Assembly: GCA_950097015.1 (NCBI GenBank)
Contig: CATNEN010000029.1
Coordinates: forward strand, 248,001-312,000
Direction: 5' to 3'
Source of the DNA: Macrostomum hystrix
Lineage: Eukaryota; Animalia; Platyhelminthes
Length of the DNA: 64,000 nucleotides
The notes below the pieces were generated by a model. It was not told where the DNA came from. It did not search any database and was given only the letters and a program-made list of their open reading frames with translations. Position numbers and translations under genes: made by a program. This document shows positions 36,501 to 49,984 of the stretch, piece after piece. Each line of letters starts with the position of its first letter. Position 1 is the first letter of the stretch.

Positions 36501-37583
36501 GTAATATTACTATTAGACATTGCTACAAACTTTTTTTTACTTTAATTAGAAACTTACAATTTTTTGTTACTCTTTTTTCTAAAAGCAGAAAACTCAACAA
36601 AATGTACTATTATTAAATAAGTGATTCAAATCGCATCGAAGAGGCAGATTACCAGGTTATTGTTGGAGAACCAGATGGCAACTACAATGACCTGGGCCAC
36701 CAGAATGACTGCAACCAGCACAGCGTACTGAAATTTGAATGTGGCGAACTCATGTCAAGTTATTACTATTGATCAGAGGTCCCTTCCTAGTATAGGCTAC
36801 GTTAATTTCACACGTTAACTTATTTTTATTTTAATTGGCGCCAATTCTGTCTTTGTGCAGTTACAGTTTCAAACTCTAAATTTTCATGATTGAATCTTAT
36901 AGCATAATTCACTGTACTTTTAAGAAAGCTTCTATGTACAATATATAGCTATATATAATCCGTTAAGGAGAATTAAACTTATTCTGTACAAGAACAGATT
37001 TGGCACCACTTCAAATGATCCATTCACTTACAATGATGAGGCAGGCTCTGACAGTGCAGCAGGCACCGCAGCAGCCGATGCAGCTCAGCACAATGACAAT
37101 GGCGCCCAGCACCAAGAAACTCCATCCGATTGATCCGGTGACTTCACTGATGTTGCCAAGCAGTTCCGAGATGTTGATGTCTACGCCCTGCTTCTTGAGC
37201 TCGCTAGTCAGAGAGCTCAGGGCCGAATCAATATAAGTGGACAATGCGCTGCTAGCCAGCTGCAGCAGAAAGGTGAATACGGCGCCAATCAGCAGCAAGA
37301 GCACTCCGATAATCTGCAGGTGCGAGGGATTGCCAGGGCTGCATCATCTACTCTACTGCCGGCTATCACGACAGAAGTCAATCACTGCTCCGGCACAACT
37401 CGAGGACCTGACTGGGTCTATTTTTCTAGTATCCGAACTTTTGACTATATTTAACAAACTGTTGTTGGTTTAAAAACAAACTGAAATAGAAATCGAGAAA
37501 CTGCTTACGATGGCCACAATGTTCGTGCAGACTAGCAGGCACTTGAATAAGCAGCTGCAGAAACTCAGGCAACCCTTCGACAT
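33528..37583 (-). CDS. Tetraspanin 1; 6 exons, 304 aa predicted
   Basis: Exons 37583-37509, 37313-37032, 36727-36653, 35795-35588, 34987-34788, 33602-33528; total 915 nt. Four TM helices, CIGCCGAC after TM2, EC2 with GCCG, TCC, C and GCY. Confidence 0.9.
33633..34708. repeat. Minisatellite, 18-bp unit, about 60 copies, filling intron 5 of tetraspanin 1
   Basis: Unit CTGCTGTCACTGCTGTGT. Confidence 0.95.
35868..36020 (+). mobile_element. SINE family 1, diverged copy in tetraspanin 1 intron 3
   Basis: GAGGTCACGAGTTCGAAT, CTTGTGTCGTTGAGCAAGACA, GGGTACCAGCATCAGCTG. Confidence 0.65.
36186..36410 (+). mobile_element. tRNA-derived SINE family 2
   Basis: Close match to 32246-32490. Confidence 0.7.
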
Positions 37584-38696
37584 GGTTCAGATTGTTAGTT
37601 TAAAAGGCGCCTTAATCACTGATGTTCTGTTTTCTGCTTGTTTGACACTGGGAGGCTGCGCCCGATATTACCTGTGAGAACCAGGCTGTGTGTGAGTTGG
37701 CCCGAGTTCCACTCTTAGATGGCTTGGACGGCGATTTAAAGGCCAGGGCAGAAATAAATTCCTGCCATTGTGAACAGGCCAGGGGCAGAAGGGATAGATT
37801 GAGCAGGACTCAGGCGAGCCGCTGAGCATTGGCGGTTAGAGATATTACCGATGCACGTTTTGCTGCAGCCATGAAAAAGCAGAAAAAACTGCTGAACTTG
37901 GTCTACAGTGAAACAGACATTGGGTAGGACTGGGCCAGATTTGGGCTGAGAAGGAAGGAGGCGCCCCGCGCATTTGGACTCATTGTGTGAGATTGCATTG
38001 TGTGCGAAGGGCGCCCGCCAGAGAGGGTAGGTAGATGAGCGGGGAGAGAGAGAGGTTGCATGAGCACCTGGGAGTGTGGGTACCTGGGTACTCTATTTGC
38101 TTTGACAACGGTCCTACCTAGCGACGGAGCGAGGCTAAGGAAGGAAGCTTGAGTTGAGCACTGTGACGAGGGCGGCCCAGGAAGCTAATCCTATAGAGGA
38201 GTCTCGGGGAGAAGCTGGGAGAGAAAGCATGGGATGAGGATAATGATATAGAAGTCAGCTTCAGACTGCACCACGGACTGTGAGGGGGGGGGGGCAATAG
38301 TGCATAGCGAATGATCAAAACTAATAAAAAGTTCTCTGTGATATTGAGCTACAATATAGCTTTATTCTGAGTAATATCTGCTCTTGAAGATATACTCGTA
38401 CTTTTGCAGCTACTCAAAGCTATGCTACTGCTTACAATGTCTATTTTATAGTCGCAGTCTGTTAATATGCTTTCAGAAGCTTGTTAGGCATGTCTAATTT
38501 GCTGATGTTTAACCTGCTTAATAATTTGTGTCTACTATTGTCTACATTGAATGGGCCACAATTGTCTTTGTGGCGCAGTGAGCGAGCACACACACACACA
38601 CACACAACTCACCGAAAATTCACACAGATTAATAAAGAGGCTAACGGTTAAATATACCTCTACGGAAGTGAGTGTCTAATGCAGATGCAGACACAC

Positions 38697-39935
38697 TGAG
38701 ATTGAGATGAGAAACTGCGAGACTGAGATGAGAAACTGTGAGATTGAGATGAGAAACTGCGAGACTGAGATGAGAAACTGTGAGATTGAGATAAGAAATT
38801 GCGAGACTGAGATGAGAAACTGTGAGACTGAGATAATAAACTGTGAGATTGAGATAATAAACTGTGAGATTGAGATGAGAAACTGCGAGACTGAGATCAT
38901 AAACTGCGAGACTGAGATCATAAACTGCGAGACTGAGATGAGAAACTGTGAGATTGAGATGAGAAACTGTGAGATTGAGATGAGAAACTGCGAGACTGAG
39001 ATCATAAACTGCGAGACTGAGATAAGAAACTGTGAGACTGAGATGAGAAACTGTGAGATTTGAGATAATTAGCTGTGAGATTGAGATAATAAACTGTGAG
39101 ATTGAGATAATAAACTGTGAGATTGAGATAATAAACTGTGAGATTGTGATAATAAACTGTGAGATTGAGATGAGAAACTTGGAGATTGAGATGAGAGGCT
39201 GTGAGATTGAGATAATAAACTGTGAGATTGAGATAATAAACTGTGAGATTGAGATAATAAACTGTGAGATTGTGATAATAAACTGTGAGATTGAGATGAG
39301 AAACTTGGAGATTGAGATGAGAGGCTGTGTTATTGACAAAATAAACTGTGAGATTGAGATGAGAAGCTAAGAGATTAAGACAATAAACTGTGAGATTGAG
39401 ATGAGAAACTGTGAGATTCATATGAGAAACTGTGAGACTGAGATGAGAAACTGTGAGATTGAGATAATAAACTGTGAGATTGAGATAATAAACGGTGAGA
39501 TTTGAGATAATTAGCTGTGAGATTGAGATAATAAACTGTGAGATTGAGATAATAAACTGTGAGATTGAGATGAGAAACTTGGAGATTAAGACGAGAAACT
39601 TGGAGATTGAGATGAGAAACTTGGAGATTAAGACGAGAAACTTGGAGATTGAGATGAGAGGCTGTGAGATTGACATAATAAACTGTGAGATTGAGATGAG
39701 AAACTTGGAGATTGAGATGAGAAACTTGGAGATTAAGACGAGAAACTTGGAGATTGAGATGAGAGGCTGTGAGATTGACATAATAAACTGTGAGATTGAG
39801 ATGAGAAACTTGGAGATTGAGATGAGAGGCTGTGAGATTGACATAATAAACTGTGAGATTGAGATGAGAAACTTGGAGATTGAGATGAGAAGCTAAGAGA
39901 TTAAGTTAATAAACTGTGAGATTGAGATGAGAAAC
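38697..39935. repeat. Minisatellite, 21-bp unit with variant blocks
   Basis: Unit GAGATGAGAAACTGTGAGATT / GAGATAATAAACTGTGAGATT. Confidence 0.95.
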
Positions 39936-41123
39936 AGTGAGATTTGTTCGAGAAGCGTTGAGATGGACGTGACAAAGTGTGAGATTGATGAGGGTAACAT
40001 ATGAAGGTATTAGGTTAGCAACAGACGTGGTGACGGACCAAACCTTGGCTCGTACAAATGGCAAAAAGCATGCCTGAGCAGATAGAATGACAAGAATCAT
40101 ACTAAATACACACAGAGACCATTTTGCAAACCCGTTTTTGCTCTTTCGAGCACGAGTTGGGCTTTTCGAATACAGTTTTTTGTGTCCGAATCTCTCTCTC
40201 TCTCCGTCTGAGTTTGAGCACAGCAGCTGGCCGTGAGACTGTTTCTCTGTGTTTTGCTCACAGCATAGTAACTAATATTGTGCTCTCTTTAATTGTGTCT
40301 CTTACTCAAGTTGGTTTGCGTCATTGGCGAGCTAAATTTGGCCTAAATAGTGTGTCGAGTTGTTATTCGGATCACAGTAATGCCTGTTAATGCTCCTAAC
40401 TATTCAATTAAATTTTCTCTCTCTTTTAGCTACTGTGCCACGTAGAAAATGAAGTATCGCTAGTGTATTATGCTGTTGGTACTACACGCAGCTCTGACTC
40501 CAGAAACTGGAGAGACAAATCTCCGACAAACACCCATTTTTAATGGGCTGATAGGAAGTTCCGATGCACTAGTTGGAGAAAGCAACGATCACTTCCGTAT
40601 CTTGCAGCATATTTTCTCAGTTTTTGTTTTATTGTTTTGTTTTTGTTTTTTGTTAGACGCACAAGCTTAAACTAAAATGTAGACAATTTATTCAGCTTTC
40701 TAGTGAAACAAACATTTTCAAAATCTGTTGCACGATACGGAAGTTATCTGTGTTTTTTACTCCAAGCGGTGCATTAGAATGTCCTATCTGCCCAGTGTGT
40801 TTTCGGGACAGCCAGTTAGCCCACACTGGTACGGAAAATGGGGGTTTGTCGGAGAGTTGTCTCTCCGGTTTCTGGATTCAGAGCTCTATGCATATACTCT
40901 TTATTCAGATTGTTCTTTGCGATACCTAAGCTCAGCGGCATTGTTTGAGGCCACCCGTAATAAAAAGTACAATTGTGACAGTGAAATAACAGCCCCTAGC
41001 AACGGTCGATTGTAGTATCCGCTGCTTTTACTCATCGCTAACTCAAGCTTGAGTTGTAGAATGCTCTTCAAAGATTTTTTATAATCAGGCTTTTAGCTCA
41101 CTGAGGATAGCACAAAAATAGGC

Positions 41124-41141
41124 TAGATAGATAGATAGATG

Positions 41142-41173
<32 letters not shown>

Positions 41174-41174
41174 T

Positions 41175-41208
<34 letters not shown>

Positions 41209-41258
41209 CGATAGATAGATAGATAGATGGATAGATAGATAGATAGATAGATAGATAT

Positions 41259-41321
<63 letters not shown>

Positions 41322-41452
41322 TATAGATAGATAGATAGATAGATAGATAGGTAGATAGATAGATAGATAGATAGATGGATAGAAATATAGATAGATAGGT
41401 AGATAGATAGATAGATAGGTAGATAGATAGATAGATAGATAGATGGATAGGA

Positions 41453-41483
<31 letters not shown>

Positions 41484-41512
41484 TAGATAGATGGTTAAAT
41501 ATATAGATAGAC
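41124..41512. repeat. (GATA)n microsatellite, about 390 bp
   Basis: Near-pure AGAT tetramers. Confidence 0.97.
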
Positions 41513-41732
41513 ACGAGTCCGGTCAACCAACTTTTAGTGTGGTGTACTACTTAAAGTAATACGAATAAGAAACAATATGAAAAATGCACTAACGAAAAAT
41601 TGTACGAAAATTGCTCAGACAGTTTTGATTTCAAGTTACAAGGCCTAACTCTTACGAGGAAATTAAAGGTACCATTTAGGACGTTTTATCTCGTCAGTTA
41701 ATTTTAATCATTTTTCTTAAAAAATATTCTGA

Positions 41733-41932
41733 CAATCGACGAATCAAGAATCGACGAACCAACGATGGACGATCCGAAAATCAACGCACCAAGAAACGAC
41801 GAACAAAACCAAGAATAGACGAAGCCAAAATCGACGAACTTAGAATCGACGAACTTAAAATCGGCGAACCCAAGATTGACGAACCCAAAATCGAGAAATT
41901 AAAATCTACCAAATTAAAATCGACGAACCAAA
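41733..41932. repeat. Degenerate short tandem repeat with AATCGACGAAC core
   Basis: About 10 imperfect copies at 15-20 bp spacing. Confidence 0.7.
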
Positions 41933-43084
41933 AATCTATTATAATTGATAATTGAAAGATTAAAATTGCCGAAGTATGAGTGACCAGCAGAGAAAATGAG
42001 CGGAAAGTAAGCCAAGTAGTTGCAGTGAGTCAGATATTTCCTATTCAGTTCGTAACAACACTTTATGAGGGATGCCTCCATCCTGCTGTAATTTGTGTAT
42101 TTCTGGGATTCGAGTATGGGACCAGACATTGTGATTTCAGTATGGCTTTAACAAGCTATTTTTAGACAATACTCACTTATGAGTAATGAATGAGTAATAT
42201 AACAATGTCAGCGTAAAAGATCGATTAAATTCAAATGATAGAGAATGGATGCGTTAAAAAAAACTAATCGATTTGTTATACTGCACTTAATAAAAAACGA
42301 AAAAGTTAAAACAAAAGCGCGCCGTTTCAAGTTTATAGGTTGAATATTTCGAAGCAGGATATACAATTATGCAGCCAATTAGTTCCTTAGTTGTTAATAG
42401 TATATACAGTATACACTGAAACTGCTTGTACAGTTCGTTATAAGCATTTTGCGGGAATTTTAGCATAAATTGCTGCTAAGTACATTGGGCTGGGGCATGA
42501 GTAAGAAGAGTACACGGCTGTTAAAGCTGCATTAGTTTAGACTGCTTATACAGAAACACATCCAGAGGCAAGCAATCCTGCTATGCTAATTCTCAAATCG
42601 GCAAAAAGCGAAGCTATAGGTAAACAGGTTTGTAAACAGTAAACAGTGTTGTTGGTTCTGGTCTCGTACATTCTCTACCTTATTTTACCAATGAACTATT
42701 GATACATTACCCTATTAGTGGGGCTCAGTCCAATAATCAAGCCAAGCTGATCGAGTGATCCGAATGCACGAAATCAAAATGATCAAACAATCCAACGAAG
42801 GAATGGCTTTGATGATTGTAGGATGATCATGACCCAACGACCTAGTGAGTTAATGACCTATATCAAATGATAAGAGCAGCGATAGAATGACTTAAATAAT
42901 ATGGCCTCTGTGACCGAATGACTATAATATGACTCAAATAAGCTTTTTTCCCAGCGAAGCAGGTCGGTTCTCACTAGAAAAAAAGATAAAGTTCGAGAGA
43001 GAAAAAGAGATCCTTGGTCCGAGACGCAAACTGTACACATCCGACCAGCAATGGGGCGCACAAGGCCCCTCCAGGTTGTGTCGA

Positions 43085-45457
43085 TCACGCCATCTGTGGC
43101 TGCATCTTGTACTGCACACCGCTGTGCGGTATGTCCTCGTGCTCCTGCCGCTTGTGGTAGTAGATCAGCAGGGCTCCAAGTAGCAGCATGATCTGCGACA
43201 AATGTGCGGTGCGCGTGAGCCTCATTCTGATTGGCCATCTTCCTTGCTCGCAGTTAATCAAACTAAACTCACCTCCATTCCAAGGCAGCCGGCAATGCTG
43301 TAGAAGAATGTATCGAAGGTTGATCTCAGTTTGTTCTCAAATAGGTCGACCATTTTCTGATAGCAGCCAATCTTGTAGTTACTGTAGCTCTCGCTAACGT
43401 TTGAATAGGCGCACTTATAGTCCTGGTTAGGATTGTCCCACTTGCAGCAGGAGTATGGATATGAGCCATCTGCAGTTTTAATATGGCATTTGTGAGCAGA
43501 GGAGCATTCAGTGGAAGTAGACTGAAATGACACCTAGAAATGACAATGACGCCAGTTGGGCCAGGTGTACAGCCAGTGGCACAGATGTACATCCAGTGGC
43601 ACAGATGTACATCCAGTGGCACAGATGTACAGCCAGTGGCACAGATGTACAGCCAGTGGCACAGATGTACAGCCAGTGGCACAGATGTACAGCCAGTGGC
43701 ACAGATGTACAGCCAGTGGCACAACCGCAGCTATTGAGGGACACGTCCAAAGGCTGTGTACAGCAGTTCAGTCCGTGGACTAGGAAGCCCCCAAACCCAT
43801 CCAGATGTCTACCCCCAGTCGATTCTGGATGCCTATTTTTACAGCCGGATGAACTCAAGCAATGAGTACTCAAGTGTTATGCTGAGATTCGAACTCCCGA
43901 CCTCTGAGTCAAAAGTCCGAAGTTCTAACCACTGGGATACGAGCCAAAAGGCCGGTTGTGAAAGTGGAAGATCCAATCCGAGTATCTGGAAGGTAGGCAA
44001 ATGAGAATTGAGAATAGCTTCGCTCACTATAGAAGGTGAAGTTGCCCTCCTTGTTCTCCCTGAATCCGATGGTGCGATTCCAATTGGTGGACATGGTATA
44101 GAAATCGTTGCCATTGTTCAAACCGCAGCAGCCAAGGCTCAGCTGTACAAAGTCCAGGCCGAGAGAGCCAGCGTCCGTGTTCTGAACACCCTTGTAGTTA
44201 ATGACACTTTTCTCTAGCCAGTTCCGGCTGCAGGTGTTCACCTGGACAAGTCAGAAGGGATTGGCTGTCAACTAGTCAGAAGCTGTGGTATCAGTTTCTG
44301 TGGTCCAGTACGAGCGTAGTCCCATCGTCTAAACACTAAGAGTATTCATTTTACGAATAGCACAAACTTCCCGTTCTAGTCCCGGCACACAACTATAGGG
44401 TGCCAACCCCTTTCCACTCCCGGCACACAACTATAGGGTGCCAACCCCTTTCCACTCCTGGCACACAACTATAGGGTGCCAACCCCTTTCCACTCCCGGC
44501 ACAAAACTACAGGGTGCCAACCCCTTTCCACTCCCGGCACAAAACTATAGGGTGCCAACCCCTTTCCACTCCCGGCACACAACCATAGGGTGCCAACCCC
44601 TTTCCACTCCTGGCACACAACTATAGGGTGCCAACCCCTTTCCACTCCCGGCACAAAACTACAGGGTGCCAACCCTTCTCCACTCCCGGCACAAAACTAC
44701 AGGGTGCCAACCCAGTTTAATCGAGTTGACTTACCCCGTCCGTGTTGGTGAACCAGACGATGACAAGGGCGGCCTGGCTCAGTAGAACTAGTCCGATAAA
44801 CACGACGTACTAAAACATTTATAAAAAAAGATATCTAAGTTTCAGTAAGGCTCAATTTTTTCCGGCATGCTTCGATACTACTAAATTTTCAGAATTGAGT
44901 AGTCATGGCTGTTTCGAATCAGTGCATCGATTTGCTAAATAACATATTGACAAACAAACTCATTTGAAATTCATAGAGCTCAATATTACAATGATTAGGC
45001 AGGCCGGCACGCCGAAGCAGGCTCCGCAGCAGCCGAGGCAGCTGAAGACGATGAGCACAACGCCAAGGATAATAAGCACGGCAGCCAGCATCGAAGTAGA
45101 TTGCTCCAAGACATTGTGAAAGCTATTAATGTCAAAGTTGCCTTGTACTTTTTCGGTTGAGTAGACTATGTTGTTCTTGGATAGCATGCTGTCTAATCCA
45201 GTGCGGATCGCCCAGTAGAACCACAGCATGGCCACACCTGCGGCCAGGAATGTGAGGCCGAGAATCTGGGGATGCGGGATAGCGGCAGGTGGGTTGGGCA
45301 TGTGACAGTTCAAAATGAGCACTTAGTTGAACAGTACTCAACTAAGAAACAATGATTAACAATAGCTAGTCAAGATGCTTACGGTCGTCAGCACATTGAC
45401 GAACGAGATGAAGCAGCAGCAGCACCATCTGCAGCAGGTTAGGCAGCCGGAGCCCAT
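43085..45457 (-). CDS. Tetraspanin 2; 6 exons, 314 aa predicted
   Basis: Exons 45457-45383, 45265-44990, 44809-44735, 44241-44028, 43469-43273, 43192-43085; total 945 nt. CLGCCGAC after TM2, EC2 with GCCG, SCC, C and GCY. Same intron phases as tetraspanin 1. Confidence 0.9.
43566..43722. repeat. Minisatellite, 20-bp unit, about 8 copies, in intron 4 of tetraspanin 2
   Basis: Unit GTACAGCCAGTGGCACAGAT. Confidence 0.95.
43868..43940 (-). mobile_element. SINE head fragment (tRNA-like)
   Basis: Reverse complement reads CAGTGGTTAGAACTTCGGACTTTTGACTCAGAGGTCGGGAGTTCGAATC. Confidence 0.55.
44381..44714. repeat. Minisatellite, 38-bp unit, about 9 copies, in intron 3 of tetraspanin 2
   Basis: Unit CCCGGCACACAACTATAGGGTGCCAACCCCTTTCCACT. 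Confidence 0.95.
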
Positions 45458-47974
45458 GTTGACTGTTGTCTATCAAATCAGTAAGTAGCCAACACAAGTG
45501 ATATGATAATTCGGTGATCGCTTGTTTAACAGCAGGATCGGATTCGGTTATTTTCGGTTGCTGCGTATAGCAAGGGCTACTTATTTCTTTCCGCCTGGCA
45601 GGGTCTGGTCTGGTTCAGTCAGTGGGGTAGGCCATGTAGCAAAAAGTTCCGCGTACTGAGGGAGGGGGAGAGAGTCAGAAGGGGACCGCGCTCCTGTCTA
45701 TCCCCTAATTCAGCATTCACTCAGTCCCGCTTTGGGGTCCCAATGGCCAATATCTCTTCCCCCCCGGGCGGGCCCTCTCCTCTATCCCTGCATGTTATCC
45801 TCCCCGCCCCGAAACCACAGAACAGGACTCGGATGAGATTAGGTTGGTAAAAGAAGAGCATTGGGATTGCGGTGTACACCCGGGAGGGTTAGCCTCCCCT
45901 CTCCCGTGTTTCCAGTGTACAAGCTAGGCTAGGCTAGGTAGGCTAACACCAAAGCGACACGAGAAATTGTACGCTTCTGTTGTTGATACTTTGAGAATCT
46001 AAATTCTGCTAGACTCAGGGCAGAGCTAGAATTTTGATGAGACGAGATGCTTGTGCAAGTGCGATAGATGTTCTAAAAAAGTTGTGAACTGCTGCAGCCT
46101 GCAGGACTGGCAAAACCAGCAAATTAAAGCACGATTTAAGTGCCAATAATTGGCTTATGGCTGATTTGAACTGACATTTTGCTGCTTGTGTATGCCAGGA
46201 ACTGTCTGTTTCCTTACAAGTTCCCCATTCCTAATGAAACACTAAAGTACATTTGATTTGTCAACTAATGAGAAAGCAGTCGCTAATGCAGTTTTACTGT
46301 TTTGCCTTGGACGAAAATCCCTTGGATTCCTCGGAGTACAAAACCCTGAGAAGTTCCAGAATTAAAGACTGAAAAAGCGAGTAGGAAAGAAGCATTTAGG
46401 AGTTGTGAGTTGTCGGGGGTTGGAGATCGGTCTTCGGGGGAGACACGCTGAGCCGCTCTCTCCCGCCGCGATGCCTTCAATATCGATCGAGACAAGAAGA
46501 AGGAGAAAGAAAACACGGAGGGTGGGCGTCGGAGAGTGTAGAGGGAGAGAAGGGGCAGAGAGGAAGTTGCCCGCCTAAGCCGTCCAAAGGCTTTAGAACC
46601 AGCCGTTGCTGCAAACGGTATTGGGGCCGCTTGGAGCTGAAGTGCAAGGAAGGAGGCTGGATGGGATCTGGATGGAGGGGAGGCAGGCAGGTGGAACTGT
46701 CGGCTTGCAAATCACCCACCCCCAGCTGCTTGCTTTGCCATTCTGCGTCGGCTAGAGGGAGTTCCGCTTCATCATCGATTGCACAGACACTACTCCCTGC
46801 CTCCCTGCCTCCCTGCCTCTGTCTTCTGGCTGTAGCCGGGGCGACCCCTCTGACTGATCTCCTTCGCATCCGCACTTGGACTGGAAGCGAGGTGGGGGAA
46901 GAGGGGTGAAGCCAGGCTGGATTATCCCAGCCGCTGCGCATCAATCCTGACAGCAGAGGGCCCCGGCCCACTTTCTCTGGCCTTATCCGCTCCATCTCAT
47001 TCGATCCATAAGAGTCCCCGATAGCATAATCCGAGTCCGCTGTCTAATTGACTTGGAAGCCCAAGGAGGCTTCGGATTTCGGCCGCTGAAAACCCGGCCT
47101 AGTTCCATCCCAGCCTCTTTCTGTCGCTTCTTCCCATCTTCCTCTTCTTTTTCCCATTTCTATTTCGTCCCCTCGGGCTCAAGGAGTGATCCTTCTCGCT
47201 CACTCATAAGTCGGCCTTCCCGTTCCATTTCCAGTTAATTTAGCCGGAACCAGCGGGTTGGAGAAAGCGCTAGTTCGGGATGTTTGCATGGAGAAATTCG
47301 CGGGTCAAAAGTGCAGAATTCGGGCTCCTATCTTCTCTGAAAAAACCTTTCTATCCACTTTCCCTCACTGAATGCATCGATGCAGTTTATTTGTGTCCTA
47401 CAGTCTGCATGGATTCCATGCGTCCGGAATTCAAGGGGCCGGCCTACTTCCCTCTCCAACCGCTCCCACTTGCCGATTCCCATTGCTGCAATCCTCTGAG
47501 CCAGGGGCAGTGGGTGCGTACACTTAGGGGGATGTCGTCAGACGCAGCTTCAGCGGCATAAGTATTGCTGCTTTTTTATCCAAACCCTGGTCACGCGACT
47601 CTCTTGTTCATTGATTCTGCCGGCCCGCTGCAGTACTGCGAATGGGAAGCAAATGTGACTCAGACATTGTTGGCTGCCTGCGTGAGGTTTGAGAGGAACT
47701 CAAATTGACTGCATCGCAATTTTAGAATGGTCGATGGGAGACGGGAAAATGTGGAAAAGATATTGGAGATAGGCGAATCAAGTAAAAAGGCAGAACCAAG
47801 ATAAATTGTTTTCCTAAAAAAAGATAAGTGGAGAAAAAAATACAAGCTGATAAGTACCTTAGTTGTGCTACTGGAATCCAGAAGTCAGAAATCATTGAAG
47901 CGACGGATTTGGGTTCAGGACAGATCAGAAATGCCAATGAAGTGAGGTACGTCTATTGAAAGATAGATGTCGGT

Positions 47975-48665
47975 GGACAAAAGGGATGTCTATGGAGCGA
48001 GGGAGGTGGGAGGACAGATGTATGTCGGTGCACAGAGGGAAGTCGGTGGACAGAGGGATGTCAGTGGACAGAGGGATGTCATGTGGACAGAGGGTTGTCA
48101 TGTGGACAGAGGGTTGTCATGTTGACAGAGGGTTGTCATGTGGACAGAGGGATGTCATGTGGACAGAGGGTTGTCATGTGGACAGAGGGATGTCAGTGGA
48201 CAGAGGGATGTCGATGGACAGAGGGTTGTTATGTGGACAGAGGAATGTCGGTGGACAGAGGGTTGTCATGTGGACAGAGGGATGTTGGTGGACAGAGGGA
48301 TGTCGGTGGACAGAGGGATGTCCGTGGACAGAGGGATGTCGGTGGACAGAGGGTTGTCATGTGGACAGAGGGATGTTGGTGGACAGAGGGATGTCGGTGG
48401 ACAGAGGGATGTCGGTGGACAGATGGATGTCGGTGGACAGTCGGATGTCGGTGGACAGAGGGATCTCCGTGGACGGAGGGATGTCGATGGACAAAAGGGA
48501 TTTCGTTGGACAGACGGATGTCGGTGGACAGTCGGATGTCGGTGGACAGAGGGATCTCCGTGGACGGAGGGATGTCGATGGACAAAAGGGATTTCGTTGG
48601 ACAAACGGATTTCGGTGGACAGAGGGATTTCGTTGGACAGAGGGATGTCGGTGGACAGGATGTTG
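47975..48665. repeat. Degenerate minisatellite, about 18-bp unit
   Basis: Unit GGACAGAGGGATGTCGGT and variants. Confidence 0.9.
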
Positions 48666-48836
48666 GTGGATCGAAGTTTACTTTTTCGTTGTGGGCCTTG
48701 AAATAAACAAGCTTAACTAATACTAAAGTTGGTGGTTATAGTTCGGTCACATGTTCAGTTATAAACTTTTTACGACCGTAGCGATTGAAGAGTCTGTTTG
48801 TTTCAAACAGAAGGGAAAGATCGCGTTGGGTTTAAA

Positions 48837-48926
48837 CATTGGGTTTAAAGATCGCGGCATTTTATGCGAATTTCAGCCTGAGCGGCGGGGGTTGCGGCGG
48901 TCCAGTCGCACCACCCCCTCCCTTCT
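48837..48926 (+). repeat. 90-bp dispersed repeat, copy 1 (probably MITE/DNA-transposon derived)
   Basis: Identical to 54630-54719 by eye. Confidence 0.85.
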
Positions 48927-49984
48927 GTGGTTGCTATGCGACGGAGTGACGCTGACTTTGCGACCAAAGCAGAGCACACAATTATTGATTTAGTTTAACG
49001 TCGTTTTATGCCACAGAATGCACAACAAACTCGACAGTTAGAGTTTTATGCGAATGAATGATATATATGTACTCGTAACAGACGTATTTTGGGTCACACG
49101 GGTATGCTGTGTGAATTGTCAAGTTTAACTGGGGATGTTGATGAGTTTGAGTGTGACAGAGCAAACAGGAAGCGAAATTATAAATCCGATAAACAGTTCA
49201 ACATCAACGACATTGATCAAAGCTAGATATTGACAGCAGGTAAAGCTGACAATAGAAGACAGTAAATAGTACACGAATTCGAAACTCATAAATCTAAAAA
49301 ACACGTTTCTGTACATGAAACAAGAATTAACTAACAATTGCGAGAAGCTGTACAATGGGCTGAATGTGGCAGAAACAATTGTTTACTGTTTACTTCAGTA
49401 AACACTTAGTTTTTTACTTCACTGAAAAAAGTAGGATTATTGTGCAATAATCATACTAAACAATTAATTTACTGGCGAAAAATGATAATAGACACGATAT
49501 TGAGAATAGGAAAGCGATGGCTTTAAATGGCTTTAAATAAGTGTGACTGTTTTAAGCGCTATAGGCATATCAAGTAGAACACTGGAAATTTTAAAGAAAG
49601 AGGAAATTACAATAATAAAACATAAGCATTAACAACTACTAATCGCCGGGAACAGTTTTAGTCAGGTGGTATATTCAATAATAAAGTTTTAGTTGCCATG
49701 GTTGCAGGCAACAGTCGGATGAGAAGTACAGAGTGTATTAAACGAAACGATATGAAAGCGAATGCGTCCGAATGCAGTTTCTAGGAAACAGAAAGCAGAT
49801 AATCAAATCTTACAAAGGAAACGCCAGTAACAAAACTCAATCAGTGTACATTGTTTGGATCAGCAATTTCGGCGCATTTTAAATCTCTAGAAATGTGTTG
49901 CTGAGAACTCTAAACTAAAAATATGATTTTAGACTGCACTTTAAGGCCTAAAACTCCACAAAACCTCAGAAATTTCCAGTAAGA

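Noticed and set aside
46283-46995. ORFs with a weak reverse-transcriptase-like SGTSQGFVL stretch
   Set aside because: No YxDD or other RT motifs; the similarity is within chance.
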